Position numbers and translations under genes: made by a program. This document shows positions 38,767 through 49,644 of a stretch of 64,000 nucleotides of DNA, piece by piece. Under the pieces are notes generated by a model that had not been told where the DNA came from, did not search any database, and saw only the letters and a program-made list of their open reading frames with translations. The DNA comes from Candidatus Izemoplasmatales bacterium (lineage in GTDB: Bacteria > Bacillota_I > Bacilli_A > Izemoplasmatales > Hujiaoplasmataceae), in the NCBI GenBank assembly GCA_050949045.1, contig JBMNEZ010000001.1:928001-992000 (forward strand). The letters run 5' to 3'. The first letter of the stretch is position 1, and the number at the start of each line of letters is the position of its first letter.

Positions 38767-40137
38767 ATGTTAAAAGCTGTCTTCGTGGTTGGCAATACCT
38801 ACCACTTCATTTTTTTGTTAAGCATCCTAGTAATCGTCGGCTTGTTTGCCAGACGATTTTTTGAGCGCAAGCGAATCCCGAACCTGATCGCCTACATCCT
38901 GCTCGGCCTTGGCTTTGGCGGTATTACGGCGTTTGTTGGCAACGATGAAATTATCGAGGCATTCGATGTCATCACTGCGATCGGCATGGGCTTCATCGCC
39001 TTTTCAATCGGTCTTGAACTGAATTTCAAACGGATAGCCAACCGCAAACGTGAAGTGATTCTGCTCACATTGATTCAGGCGGTTTTATCGTTTTTATTCA
39101 CCTTTATAGCTTTGTATATATTTGTTCTGCCCCTTCACATCGCCCTTCTGTTCGGAGCTTTGGCCATCGTCACCGAGCCGGGGCCGATCCTTGTCATTAC
39201 CAAAAAACTGCGTTCCGAGGGCCAGATCACTGATACCCTTGCGCCGTTACACGGCTTGGAGGATGCAATCACGATCATCATTTTCGGCATTGCCCTCGCT
39301 TATTCGCTGTCCGTTCAAAACCAGACTCCTTTCGCATTTGTCGATATTCTCAAGGGACCGCTGCTGGAAATCATCCTTTCTCTATTAATCGGAGGTTTGT
39401 TTGGTTTCATCCTCGTAGTGATCATCCGCTTTTTGAAATACGAAGATCAGGAGAAGGATATTGTCATTCTGGTCTCCTCTCTCGTGACGGTTCTGGCAGC
39501 GGTCGCGATCGCCAACAGCGGCATCCAAATCGGCGATTTCACGATCCATCTTTCCCCGATCCTTTTGCCGATGGCCTCTGGCATTGTCTTTGCGAATCTG
39601 TCCACGGCTCTGGCGAAACACGAAACAGAACAGATCATGGATCTCTTTTCGGCACCGGTCTTGATCATCTTTTTTACTGTCATGGGTGCGGAGATCGTTT
39701 TGTTAATCGCCAACTCGTTCGAATCGATTCACTTCGGAACGATCATGCTCATCGCACTCATCTATATCGTTACAAGAATCCTAGGAAAACTCAGTGGCTC
39801 ATGGCTGGGGTCAAAACTCGCAAAATCATCCCCTGATGTCCGCAAGTATCTGGGATTCTGCCTTCTTCCTCAGGCTCAAGCTGCCATCGGCCTCGCTTTT
39901 TTTGCCCGCAACGCCCTTGGCCGGGAGCCTTATGGAACAATCATCCTGGTTGTAATCGTCATCGCGACGATTGTCAACGGGATTCTTGGCCCGCTCGGAA
40001 TTCGCTATGCGCTCACCAAGGGCGGGGAAGCAAAAGTCCTTGAACACAACACCTATGGATCTGGATCCGATGAGCCCTCCCAAGTCATCGCTTCTCTAAC
40101 CAAATCCAAAGATAACACTTTGAAAGACCAATCGTAA
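38767..40137 (+). CDS. Cation:proton antiporter (CPA)
   Basis: FIAFSIGLEL, TEP, LEDA, RILGK, LLPQAQAAIGLA; multi-TM. Confidence 0.88.
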   Translation: MLKAVFVVGNTYHFIFLLSILVIVGLFARRFFERKRIPNLIAYILLGLGFGGITAFVGNDEIIEAFDVITAIGMGFIAFSIGLELNFKRIANRKREVILLTLIQAVLSFLFTFIALYIFVLPLHIALLFGALAIVTEPGPILVITKKLRSEGQITDTLAPLHGLEDAITIIIFGIALAYSLSVQNQTPFAFVDILKGPLLEIILSLLIGGLFGFILVVIIRFLKYEDQEKDIVILVSSLVTVLAAVAIANSGIQIGDFTIHLSPILLPMASGIVFANLSTALAKHETEQIMDLFSAPVLIIFFTVMGAEIVLLIANSFESIHFGTIMLIALIYIVTRILGKLSGSWLGSKLAKSSPDVRKYLGFCLLPQAQAAIGLAFFARNALGREPYGTIILVVIVIATIVNGILGPLGIRYALTKGGEAKVLEHNTYGSGSDEPSQVIASLTKSKDNTLKDQS

Positions 40138-40174
40138 TATCAGGAATATTTGCTGCCGTTGGAGGATCGAAACC

Positions 40175-41593
40175 ATGAAAGGCATCGTCAAAATTCTGTT
40201 GGGAATTCTCATTGCTTTGGTTTCTTTGCTGGTCGTTTTTGTCGGAATACCGCTTTTTCTGCTCAATATGAAGACAACAGCTCCGATAGAACAATATGTT
40301 GAAGCCTCAGAGACCTCGTTTTACACATCATTCAGTCAGGAACTCGAAACATTGATCACCGACTCCGAGAAAGATGAGGTCTTTTTTCGTATTGATGAGG
40401 CTTTCATCAACCGGATGATCCAGAAAACTCTTTCAGAAGGCAACCCCCAGTACTTGAATCCCGAAAATGAAAACCAGATTGCCCATGATTACATGATGGT
40501 TTATCAAGATATCGTTGGACTGAAAGGTGTCTGGACCGAATTATCGGATGATCAAATCATCGTGAGAGCCGGCGCGGATCTGGTTCTTGGAAAAACCCCT
40601 ATTTACCAGACCGGCCTTGAAATCGTCTTCAATATTGTTCTTTCAGAAAACGATGAATATTATCTTCAAATCGTCAACATCAAGATCGGCCGTTTGAAGC
40701 CCTCGCTCCGCCGAGCTTTCAATCTCGCCGATACCATTATCACCAAACTGACCAAGAAAAGCCTCAACGACATGATCGCTGAGTATCTGGCTTTTGGTAT
40801 GTTCGATACCGATGAATTGAGTTTCACGGTCAGCGAAACCGAATTGACTGATTTTCTTTACGATATTGAGCCGAGTTTCGCTGCGCTTCTCAAGATTATT
40901 TACAAGGAATCGCTGTTGATACTCGATGTCACCGATATGGGCTTTGACATCTCAATTGGGATCGGTGCCCTCCGCAGACTCATAACCGATCCCGATGAAC
41001 CACTGTTCACCAAATGGGAAGACGAATTCGATAAAGCGGAATTCATGGCTGCCATGGCCGCTCAAGCCGTCCTAAACTCGGTTTTCCGTCCTTTTGATCC
41101 GCAGATTGATCTGACTGAAGCCGATGTAAACGCAATCCTTGATTACACGCTTGGCGACGATGTTAAGTTCGAATTTCCAATCGAGTTCACTCTCGGTGAA
41201 GAAGACATCAAGTACAGTTTCAGTTCAACCAACATCTATGCCAGAATGCAGGATGACGTATTGACGGCGCATCTCAGAATGATGCTCACAAAAGAGGGAA
41301 TGGCGGGATCGTTTGACATGCAGTTTAACCTTGAAACCTCCGTCAGCATGAACACAAATGGCGATATGATTCTTTCGATCACCAACGCGAATATCGGCGA
41401 AGCGATTCTGGATGATGATTTATTGGAAACTCTCTTCGCCATCTTCGATGATGCTTTACTTGTGGATGGAGACATCGTGATTTCCAAAGATAAACTCAAC
41501 GAGATGTTTGAAGGCTCGGGCATCATCATCAACGACAGTTATGTGGTCGACGGAAAGCTTCGTCTGCACTTCGGCTTGGATAATATTGGGTAG
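40175..41593 (+). CDS. Hypothetical membrane-anchored acidic protein
   Basis: 472-aa ORF with GGAGG RBS and N-terminal TM; family not recognised. Confidence 0.75.
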   Translation: MKGIVKILLGILIALVSLLVVFVGIPLFLLNMKTTAPIEQYVEASETSFYTSFSQELETLITDSEKDEVFFRIDEAFINRMIQKTLSEGNPQYLNPENENQIAHDYMMVYQDIVGLKGVWTELSDDQIIVRAGADLVLGKTPIYQTGLEIVFNIVLSENDEYYLQIVNIKIGRLKPSLRRAFNLADTIITKLTKKSLNDMIAEYLAFGMFDTDELSFTVSETELTDFLYDIEPSFAALLKIIYKESLLILDVTDMGFDISIGIGALRRLITDPDEPLFTKWEDEFDKAEFMAAMAAQAVLNSVFRPFDPQIDLTEADVNAILDYTLGDDVKFEFPIEFTLGEEDIKYSFSSTNIYARMQDDVLTAHLRMMLTKEGMAGSFDMQFNLETSVSMNTNGDMILSITNANIGEAILDDDLLETLFAIFDDALLVDGDIVISKDKLNEMFEGSGIIINDSYVVDGKLRLHFGLDNIG

Positions 41594-41845
41594 ATAGTAT
41601 ATGAAAAAGCCGCTACATCAAGGGCTCTAGAGGTTTGTTTATCGTCTTCTGAAAAAACCGTTTTTTCTTCGCAAACCGTTTCAATAATGAAAACCCTTTT
41701 ATTTTTATTGCGGATTTTTCTGATTTGTGGTATATATATTTTATCAAGTATTGATCATTGTCCTTCATTCATGTCTCAGACAAACGAAAGCTGTTTATTA
41801 ATAAATTTATAGAAAATGATTCTTCAAGATGATGGAGGTTTTTTT

Positions 41846-43012
41846 ATGATTATTGGTGTTCCCAAGGAAATACTGCACGATGAAAACCGTGTGTCGGCGA
41901 CACCCGAAACCGTTCGCAAAATGATCGCTGACGGACATACGGTTCTTGTCCAAACAAATGCCGGCAAAGGGTCTTTCTACTATAACGCCGATTATGCTTC
42001 AGCTGGTGCGCAGCTGATCGATAATCCCGAAAAAATCTATGAAAGCGCCGACGTGATCCTTAAAGTCAAAGAGCCCCAGTATAATTCCGAACTGAAAAGG
42101 CACGAAGTCGATATGATGCATTCCGGACAGACATTGATCACTTTCATCCACCCCGCATCTCCCACCAACCACGCAATGGTCCGCAAATTGACGGAAAGCA
42201 GAGTGACCGGTCTGACTCTTGACGGCATTCCAAGGATCAGCCGCGCCCAATCGATGGATGCCCTGTCTTCGATGAGCACCTGTGCAGGCTATAAGGGGAT
42301 CATCATGGCCGCCGACGCCATCGCTAAATTCATTCCGATGATTACCACGGCTGTCGGCGTGATCCGACCGGCAACCGTATTGGTTGTTGGCGCCGGCGTT
42401 GCCGGCTTAAGGGCAATCGCCACCGCCAAATCACTCGGAGCTGTCGTCTACGCCGCCGATATCCGTCCGGAAGCCAACGAGCAAGCACAGTCGCTCGGAG
42501 CGAAAATCATCGACACCGGTGTCCCCTTAGAGATTGCGGTGTCACCCGATGGAAAATACGCCAACAAACTTCCAGAATCATGGCTGGAAACCGAAAAAAA
42601 CAACTTAAAAGACATCATTCAAAAGTCTGACATCGTCTTTCTTTCCGCCCTCATCTTCGGCAAGCAATCCCCAATCATAATCGATGAAGAAATGGTCAAA
42701 ACGATGAAGCCTGGTTCCTGCATCGTCGATATCGCGATCGACCAGGGCGGCAACTGCGCTCTCACCGAAGCCGGAGAAAAAATCACTCGTCACGGAGTGA
42801 TCATCGACGGCTGCAAAAATATTCCCGGAAAGTTGTCGGCATCATCGACTTTGATGTTTGCGAACAACATCTATAATCTTCTCAAGTATCTCGCTCCTCA
42901 GGGAAAACTTCAACTCGACTACGATGACGAGATCGTCAGTTCGATCCTTGTCTGCCACGACAAGAAATTGGTTCATCCGGGTACGATCGAGGCCATGAGC
43001 CTCCACAAGTAA
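41846..43012 (+). CDS. pntA: NAD(P) transhydrogenase alpha subunit, part 1 (dI)
   Basis: IGVPKE..ENRVSATP, RAQSMDALSSM, GAGVAGL, DQGGNC. Confidence 0.95.
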   Translation: MIIGVPKEILHDENRVSATPETVRKMIADGHTVLVQTNAGKGSFYYNADYASAGAQLIDNPEKIYESADVILKVKEPQYNSELKRHEVDMMHSGQTLITFIHPASPTNHAMVRKLTESRVTGLTLDGIPRISRAQSMDALSSMSTCAGYKGIIMAADAIAKFIPMITTAVGVIRPATVLVVGAGVAGLRAIATAKSLGAVVYAADIRPEANEQAQSLGAKIIDTGVPLEIAVSPDGKYANKLPESWLETEKNNLKDIIQKSDIVFLSALIFGKQSPIIIDEEMVKTMKPGSCIVDIAIDQGGNCALTEAGEKITRHGVIIDGCKNIPGKLSASSTLMFANNIYNLLKYLAPQGKLQLDYDDEIVSSILVCHDKKLVHPGTIEAMSLHK

Positions 43013-43029
43013 GCCCCAGGAGGTATTCC

Positions 43030-43338
43030 ATGTCTTTACTTCAAACTATCTTGCTAGGCGTCTTCGCCTTATCGACTCTGATTGGGTATTTTTTAATCAA
43101 CCAAGTTCCGTCCTTGTTGCATACCCCGTTGATGTCGGGGATGAATGCCCTGTCGGGCATCACCGTCCTTGGCGCCCTCGTTGCGACAGCGGTCGCCATC
43201 CAGGAAACAAACCCGGTTCTATCCTTCTTGATCGGCGGCTTAGCCATCGTTGCTTCGATGGTGAACGTCGTCGGCGGCTTTGTCGTTACCGACCGGATGC
43301 TCAAGATGTTCACCCGCAAGGATCAGCCCCATGAATAG
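43030..43338 (+). CDS. pntA: NAD(P) transhydrogenase alpha subunit, part 2
   Basis: LHTPLMSGMNALSG, NVVGGFVVTDRMLKMF. Confidence 0.95.
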   Translation: MSLLQTILLGVFALSTLIGYFLINQVPSLLHTPLMSGMNALSGITVLGALVATAVAIQETNPVLSFLIGGLAIVASMVNVVGGFVVTDRMLKMFTRKDQPHE

Positions 43339-44758
43339 CCTGCTCGCGCCGCAACCGGCGCTAACCATCATTCCTGACACGACATACTATGTTATCGTCG
43401 GCTTGTTGACTCTGGTCATATTGCTCGGCATTTCCTTCATGAGCAAGGTCAAGTTGGCAAGACTGGGAAACCAGATCAGTGCCGTGGCGATGCTATTCGC
43501 TATTGCATTAACATTGATCAACTATGAAATTATTCCCGTCTGGTCTTTGTACATCTTTCTATTGATAGGTTCATTGATCGGCGCCCTTCTCGCAATCAAG
43601 GTCAAGATGATCCAGATGCCTCAGCTCGTCGCCCTCTTAAACGGACTCGGAGGGCTTGCCTCACTAATCGTCGGCGGCTACGCTTATCTAGGCGTTGGCG
43701 CCGCCGTCGATCCATTCAGCCAAATCGCTGCCGTCGTCGCGATGATCGTCGGCTCGGTCACTTTTTCGGGCAGCCTGGTGGCAGCCGGTAAACTGCACAG
43801 GATTCTGCCTCAGAAACCCATCGTTGTCAAAGGGCATCAATTATGGGCGGGGCTTCTGCTTTTGCTCCTTGCCTTTGCGATTGTTTTGCCACAGTTCATC
43901 AACGTTCCCAAGGGGGCAGTCATTTCCGCAAGCATTGTCTTTGCCCTGAGTTTCGGAATTCTGTTCTCGATCCGCGTCGGCGGAGCGGATATGCCGATCA
44001 CGATCTCTCTGCTCAACAGCTTCTCCGGCATCGCCGGAGCGGTCTCCGGACTAGCGATCGGCGAGGTTCTGCTCGTCACGGTTGGCGGGATCGTCGGCGC
44101 TTCCGGTCTCTTGCTTACGCAGATCATGTGCAAAGCAATGAATCGGAGCTTGCTTGAGATACTGCTTGGAAAATCAACGGCCACCCCCAGTGAGAGGACT
44201 CTGGAAGAAGAGACTCAACGTCTCAAGGTGCCAAGCGATGCCACAGGTAAGGTAGATCCATTCGAAATAGCCAGGAACGCCAAAAACGTCATCATTGTCC
44301 CCGGATACGGGATGGCCATCGCCCAAGCTCAACACCTTGTCAAACAACTCGGAGACAAATTCAGCCGACATAATGCGAAAGTTCGCTATGCAATCCATCC
44401 TGTCGCCGGTAGGATGCCAGGACACATGAACGTCCTTCTCGCCGAGGCGGACGTTGACTATGATGACCTTTTCGAGATGGATGAAATCAATGATGATTTT
44501 GCCAAAGCAGATCTAACAATTGTCGTCGGTGCCAATGATGTCATCAATCCTTCTGCCCGGGAAGCACAAGGAACACCGATCTACGGGATGCCGATCCTCA
44601 ATGTCGATAAAAGCCCGCAGATCTTCATCTTTAATTATGATCTTCAACCGGGCTACGCCGGTGTGAAGAATCCGCTTTATGAACGCGCTTCCGGCGTCCA
44701 TCTCTTTTTAGGCAACGCCGCCGATACTCTCAAAGATTTTCTTGAGCATTTCGAATAG
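43331..44758 (+). CDS. pntB: NAD(P) transhydrogenase beta subunit
   Basis: MPQLVA, GGADMP, AMNRS, PGYGMA, HPVAGRMPGHMNVLLAEA. Confidence 0.96.
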   Translation: MNSLLAPQPALTIIPDTTYYVIVGLLTLVILLGISFMSKVKLARLGNQISAVAMLFAIALTLINYEIIPVWSLYIFLLIGSLIGALLAIKVKMIQMPQLVALLNGLGGLASLIVGGYAYLGVGAAVDPFSQIAAVVAMIVGSVTFSGSLVAAGKLHRILPQKPIVVKGHQLWAGLLLLLLAFAIVLPQFINVPKGAVISASIVFALSFGILFSIRVGGADMPITISLLNSFSGIAGAVSGLAIGEVLLVTVGGIVGASGLLLTQIMCKAMNRSLLEILLGKSTATPSERTLEEETQRLKVPSDATGKVDPFEIARNAKNVIIVPGYGMAIAQAQHLVKQLGDKFSRHNAKVRYAIHPVAGRMPGHMNVLLAEADVDYDDLFEMDEINDDFAKADLTIVVGANDVINPSAREAQGTPIYGMPILNVDKSPQIFIFNYDLQPGYAGVKNPLYERASGVHLFLGNAADTLKDFLEHFE

Positions 44759-44912
44759 CGGGGATGATTGATAATCAAGGTCGAATCAGTTCTCAGCTTA
44801 GAGCCGGTTATTAGGCCAACTTGAATAAGTAGGTGTCTCATCGTTCAAGCATCTTTGAAATGAATAGTTAAGAAAAAATTGGATATGATTTTATAATACA
44901 GATAGGCAGAAT

Positions 44913-44959
44913 CAAAAAAAGTAGGCTCTTTTTTATTAAGGCCTACTTTTAAGAGTGCG
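44913..44959 (+). repeat. Dispersed ~47-bp hairpin repeat, copy 1
   Basis: CAAAAAAAGTAGGCTCTTTTTTATTAAGGCCTACTTTTAAGAGTGCG; near-identical copy at 49915-49960. Confidence 0.85.
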
Positions 44960-45098
44960 TTCCAAAACTTGAGCCTTTTTCTGAGAAATGGAGGAGTCGG
45001 CTAAGCCTACTCTTCCAAATATGATGCTATGTGCTTATTAACCTTTTCTCTTAAATATATCAAAAATAATCCAACCGATACTACCAGCGGCAACTATC

Positions 45099-46997
45099 CT
45101 AAAAACATGATTTGTCCTTTTTATTGACTTTAATAATTGTCATCTCATCTTTTAAATCGCCTGATTTGACAACTAATTGGTTAATGTCTTCAAGATCAAT
45201 CTTGAATTTAAAGATTTTATCTGAAGTCTGTTTCCCAATTAATTTATTATTATTGTATAACTCCACTTCTTCCTGATTTGAATAGATTTTGATGTTGGCT
45301 GATTTGCCTGTTCTGTTAATGAATCTTTTTCCACAGAGGTGGATGAAAGGTTCTTTAGACCAATAAGATTTGTAGAGATAGAAGGAATCCTTTTTGATTT
45401 TTCTATCAAAGGTCACCAACCCTTTATGGTTCATACCTGGTTCACCGCCTTGATTTCTGGCATCTGACCCGAAATCAAACATGTTCCAAATATGTGTTGC
45501 CCAGATATATGGTCTCTCGTTGATGACTTTTATCATCTTTTCATGATATATCGTTTGATATTCTTCAGTGTTATCGCCTCTGTATGGGCGTTTACGATGG
45601 ATATTCGGCATCGCTTCCGCACCATATTCAGCCAATCCTAAGATTCTGTTGGGATATTTATTGTGATATCTGTCCAATTTGACTCCCGCCAACCAAACGA
45701 ATGGGAAATACCAGCCAAAATATAAATTGTATGAAACTATGTCAGGAATTGCGTTTAATTTGTTGTAGATCATCGTTGGCATATAAACTGCGATTGCCGT
45801 TTGACGACTAGGATCCATTTCATGACAGAGATCATTCAATTTCACATGCAGATCGTAACGATCAGATTCCGCCGGATACATGCAGATTTCATTGGAGATG
45901 CCCCAACAGACAATACTTGGATGATGATATAGTTGAGTTATAAGCTCTTTCATTTGAGATATTGCATTTTCACTGGCGTTATTCATGTGTTTTGATATAT
46001 ATGGGATTTCTGCCCATACAACAAAACCGTATTTATCACATAAATCATAGAAATAATCATCATGTTGATAATGAGCCAATCTGATTGTGTTTGCGCCGAT
46101 TTCTTTGATGATTTCGATGTCCTCGTCATGATGTTCTTTCTTTAGGGCATTTCCAATCTCCGGTCTGTCTTGATGACGACAGACGCCACGAAGTGGATAT
46201 TCTTTACCATTAAGATAGAACCCTTTGTCTGGATCGATGCGATAACTTCTAAATCCAACATTGAATTCAATATGATCCATAACTGTTTCATTTTCTAATA
46301 ATTCAAGCCTGAGTTTGTAAAGATAAGGATCCTCAAGACCTTGCCAGAGACAAACTTTTTTAACTTTAAGAACTTGACCGTTTTTACTTTCAGCCACGAC
46401 TTTTCCATTATGATTGTACAAAGTGGTTTTGAGTGTTCCGCTGCCGACAAGTTTTGCATCGACTTGAACGATTCCTTCGTCACCTTCGACACTGCAAGTG
46501 ACTTTTGCGCCTTTTGAACCGTAATCACCCAAATCGAAGTGGTTCTTCGATACTGAAATAATATTTACATCACGATATATACCGCCATAAAAAGTGAAAT
46601 CGGCAGTCTGAGGATATACCCAGTCATTCTTGGAATTATCAACGCCAACTACGATAATGTTTTTATCCGAAAGAAAATTAGTTACATCAAAACGGAAAGT
46701 TGAATAGCCTCCATGGTGTTCTCCTACGAAATTTCCATTAATGTATACTTGAGCCGAAGCGTTGACTCCTTTAAATTCTAAATATGTGCATTCATTCAAT
46801 TCAAAATCTTTCTTGTTTAATTTGCGCACATACCAACATTTGCCTCTGTAGTAGTCATTTCCACCGTCTTGGCCATCCAAGCCATTCCATGTGTGAGGAA
46901 TGCTTATAGAATCTCCAGCAATGTTGACCGCAGATTGATGACCAACGTCCTCTTTAATGAATGTCCAATTGTTGTTCAGATTAATAACTTTTTTCAC
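45099..46997 (-). CDS. Glycoside hydrolase family 2 (beta-galactosidase-like)
   Basis: IPHTWN..DGQDGG, DFTFYGGIYRDV, RLAHYQH, WGISNE, EYGA, NHKGLVTFDR; AT-rich; C-terminus possibly truncated. Confidence 0.9.
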   Translation of the reverse strand: MKKVINLNNNWTFIKEDVGHQSAVNIAGDSISIPHTWNGLDGQDGGNDYYRGKCWYVRKLNKKDFELNECTYLEFKGVNASAQVYINGNFVGEHHGGYSTFRFDVTNFLSDKNIIVVGVDNSKNDWVYPQTADFTFYGGIYRDVNIISVSKNHFDLGDYGSKGAKVTCSVEGDEGIVQVDAKLVGSGTLKTTLYNHNGKVVAESKNGQVLKVKKVCLWQGLEDPYLYKLRLELLENETVMDHIEFNVGFRSYRIDPDKGFYLNGKEYPLRGVCRHQDRPEIGNALKKEHHDEDIEIIKEIGANTIRLAHYQHDDYFYDLCDKYGFVVWAEIPYISKHMNNASENAISQMKELITQLYHHPSIVCWGISNEICMYPAESDRYDLHVKLNDLCHEMDPSRQTAIAVYMPTMIYNKLNAIPDIVSYNLYFGWYFPFVWLAGVKLDRYHNKYPNRILGLAEYGAEAMPNIHRKRPYRGDNTEEYQTIYHEKMIKVINERPYIWATHIWNMFDFGSDARNQGGEPGMNHKGLVTFDRKIKKDSFYLYKSYWSKEPFIHLCGKRFINRTGKSANIKIYSNQEEVELYNNNKLIGKQTSDKIFKFKIDLEDINQLVVKSGDLKDEMTIIKVNKKDKSCF

Positions 46998-47795
46998 TTG
47001 ATTACCTATCAGTTTATAATTTTATTCTTCTTTCACTAAACAGATCGAAAATATAGGAATACCTTATGAAAATCAAACTCAAAATGAACCGGCTTTCATT
47101 TAAGTGTTTTTTGTATATATTAACTCTATTACTTTATTCATAGTAGGCTAGTGTTTTTTTGTTTTTATAATTTATATATATCATACACTGTATTATTATT
47201 CAATTTATTTATGGTATATGAAATTGATTTCATAAACTGTGGAACTTATAAAAAAAGAAGATTTTTAAAACAACAAAAATATAAATCTGCTTCCTTCATT
47301 CATTTTTGAGATTAATTAAAAGCTTCTTTGCTGTAGATGACTACTCGCTTGTATTGGTGTAAATTCCAATGTAACAAGAGTTTAATTTTTCAAATTAAAG
47401 ATATTAAAAACTGGGTGTTTGTTCTAAAAACACGCCACTTGTTATCTCAAATTATTAAAAACCTTTTTGCTATAAAACGGACAACGTTGACCTTGGCATC
47501 CTCATACAGGAAACCACCTATAATGACAGTTTTCTTATCGCTTTGCTAATTTGATATGATCAACTTCAAATACACAAAAAGTTAAAGAAACTAAAAAAAT
47601 GATTATCGTCTGTAACAGTATCAATATCATGAATATTAAACAGATGAACTGTCAATATATCTATTTTTCCTTATAAAATGTAATTTATTTATTGATTATT
47701 GACGACAGTCTTGATTCCCTAAAAAAACAGTCAAAGTGAAACGGATTCCTTGACCCGGATCACAATGACTGATTTTTCGTTTTAGTATCGAAGGA

Positions 47796-48152
47796 TTATT
47801 TTTCTTTGGGACGCAATCCCAAACGGGACATCGTACCAACGGGAACCGTGAACAAGAACCCCACTCCCGGACGGTTGCGTTTGCCGAGGATCTGGCGGGC
47901 GGCCGCGATGGCTTGCTGGAGAACGTGATCGTCTTCGATAACCGTGAAGAGTGTTTTGGAATAGCGGGACTCACCCGACAATAACGAATGGAGCGATCCG
48001 AACAACGGGACTTGGACGTCTCCGTGGACGATGGCGCTCCCCATCCCTTGACTGTCAAGAATCGTGGCACCGTTGACGCCCAGCTTCAACAAGCCGGATA
48101 CCAAATCATCCATCAGCGTTGTTTCATTCAATACGATGATCAATGCATTCAT
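47796..48152 (-). CDS. PII-like regulatory protein associated with the antiporter
   Basis: IIVLN...GATILDSQGMG...G.LFTVPV; ATG 48152 behind GGAGG. Confidence 0.8.
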   Translation of the reverse strand: MNALIIVLNETTLMDDLVSGLLKLGVNGATILDSQGMGSAIVHGDVQVPLFGSLHSLLSGESRYSKTLFTVIEDDHVLQQAIAAARQILGKRNRPGVGFLFTVPVGTMSRLGLRPKEK

Positions 48153-48165
48153 GACTGTTCCTCCT

Positions 48166-49431
48166 TCATTCTGTCTCTTGAGCAATTTCTGCGACGGCAT
48201 CCAAAAGCGGTTCCACTTGAGAATCATCAGTTTCTATGTCCGGTTCAAGAGGGCGGTCGAGCCCGAAGGCTTCTCCCGCTTTAGTAATCGCCATCTTGGC
48301 GAAAATCGGACCCGTCGTTTCATAGACCAACACAGAAAACATGATAATCGTGGTGATCGCAACCGCAAATTGCGGCAACTCCTGACGGACGATTACCGAC
48401 AAGCCGATGGAGATCCCGCCTTGCGGCAACAGTCCCTATCCCAGCCACTTGGTGACCTGTTTGGGCGCTTTCATCGCCTTACATCCGACCCAAGCCCCGA
48501 AAATCTTTCCTCCGGCGCGCGATAGGATGTAGGCCAGTCCCATCCACCCGACAGCAAAAAGGACACCAAGATCGAGGCTGGCGCCAGCCAGTGTAAAGAA
48601 CAAAACATAAAACGGGGCGACAAAATCATTGACCGAGGAAAAAATGCGTTTGGGATTTTCCGCCAAGTTGACGACGACGGTTCCCATTGCAATATTAGTT
48701 AGGATGGCGGACAATCCAAGCCATTTGGCGATCCCGATCCCCACGCCGATGGCGGCTAGGGTGATGACCTGCAGTTCATCGCGACCGTCGACCATTCGCT
48801 TGGAAACCAAAGAAACAATAACTCCGAGCAGACCCCCGAGCAGAAGCGAGCCTCCGATCTCGATGAGGGGTGCGGTAAACATTTTCAACGTGCTCACTTC
48901 GACCGTCGAGACAGATAATTTAGCGAGCGACAGGGCGATTCCAAACGCTATGATGCCATACACGTCGTCCAAGGCGACAACCGGCAACAAAGTCTTAGTC
49001 ATCGGTCCGTAGGCCCGGTATTGTTTCATCACCAATAACGTCGCCGCCGGGGCAGTGGCCGCGGACATCGAGGCGATGACAATGGAAAAAGCAAACGGCT
49101 GACGAAAGCCGAAATACATCACCAAGAAGACCAAAGCGATCGCACCGATAACTTCCGCGAGAGTGATGAAGGCGACCGCCTTACCCATTTTTAGAATCTC
49201 GCCAACCATGAATTCACTGCCGATTGAAAAAGCTATGAAAGCCAAGGCGATCTCGTTGACAATTGTTAGGGATTCCGCGTTTTCGACGGTAACGAGATCA
49301 AAAAAAGACGGCCCCAGCAACAGTCCCGCAATCAAGTATCCCGAAACACTTGGGAGTTTTACGAGTTTGGCGAGTTTCCCGCCAATAAAGCCGACGATCA
49401 GGACAATCCCGATCTTAGTGATGAGTTCCAT
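48166..49431 (-). pseudogene. Cation:proton antiporter interrupted by a single in-frame TAG at 48436-48438
   Basis: AAG TGG CTG GGA TAG GGA CTG TTG CCG CAA = KWLG*GLLPQ; the two ORF-track pieces share one frame; the paralog reads KYLGFCLLPQ. Confidence 0.85.
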
Positions 49432-49478
49432 ACTGCCGATCCCTCCGGAGAATGTATTCTAGTTGCTCTCTGTGTAAT

Positions 49479-49514
49479 AAAAAAAGCATGTATCGGCAGA
49501 AACATCGCCGATGC
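49479..49514 (-). terminator. Terminator of the c-di-AMP riboswitch expression platform
   Basis: GCATCGGC...GCCGATACATGC followed by a T run on the minus strand. Confidence 0.7.
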
Positions 49515-49527
49515 AGCTCTTGGCATA

Positions 49528-49633
49528 CTCCTATGAGGTTAGCTGACGGGTTCGGGCGTCCAAATCGCCCGCACTGCAATGCAGTGTTCACCCCAAAATC
49601 TTGGTTCCCCCACTCCGTGATCGGCTTCGGAGA
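49528..49633 (-). ncRNA. c-di-AMP riboswitch (ydaO/yuaA)
   Basis: GGGGGAACC...TTGGGGTGAA...CCCGAACCCGTCAGCTAACCTCATAGG consensus blocks. Confidence 0.93.
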
Positions 49634-49644
49634 TTACAGAATTG

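Noticed and set aside
48436..48438. Pyrrolysine or genome-wide TAG recoding as the explanation of the amber codon
   Set aside because: TAG ends other genes normally (13461-13463, 44756-44758), no pyl genes are in the window, and the site is a hydrophobic TM position
49490..49633. Na+ riboswitch, expected upstream of a cation antiporter
   Set aside because: The sequence matches the ydaO c-di-AMP consensus instead
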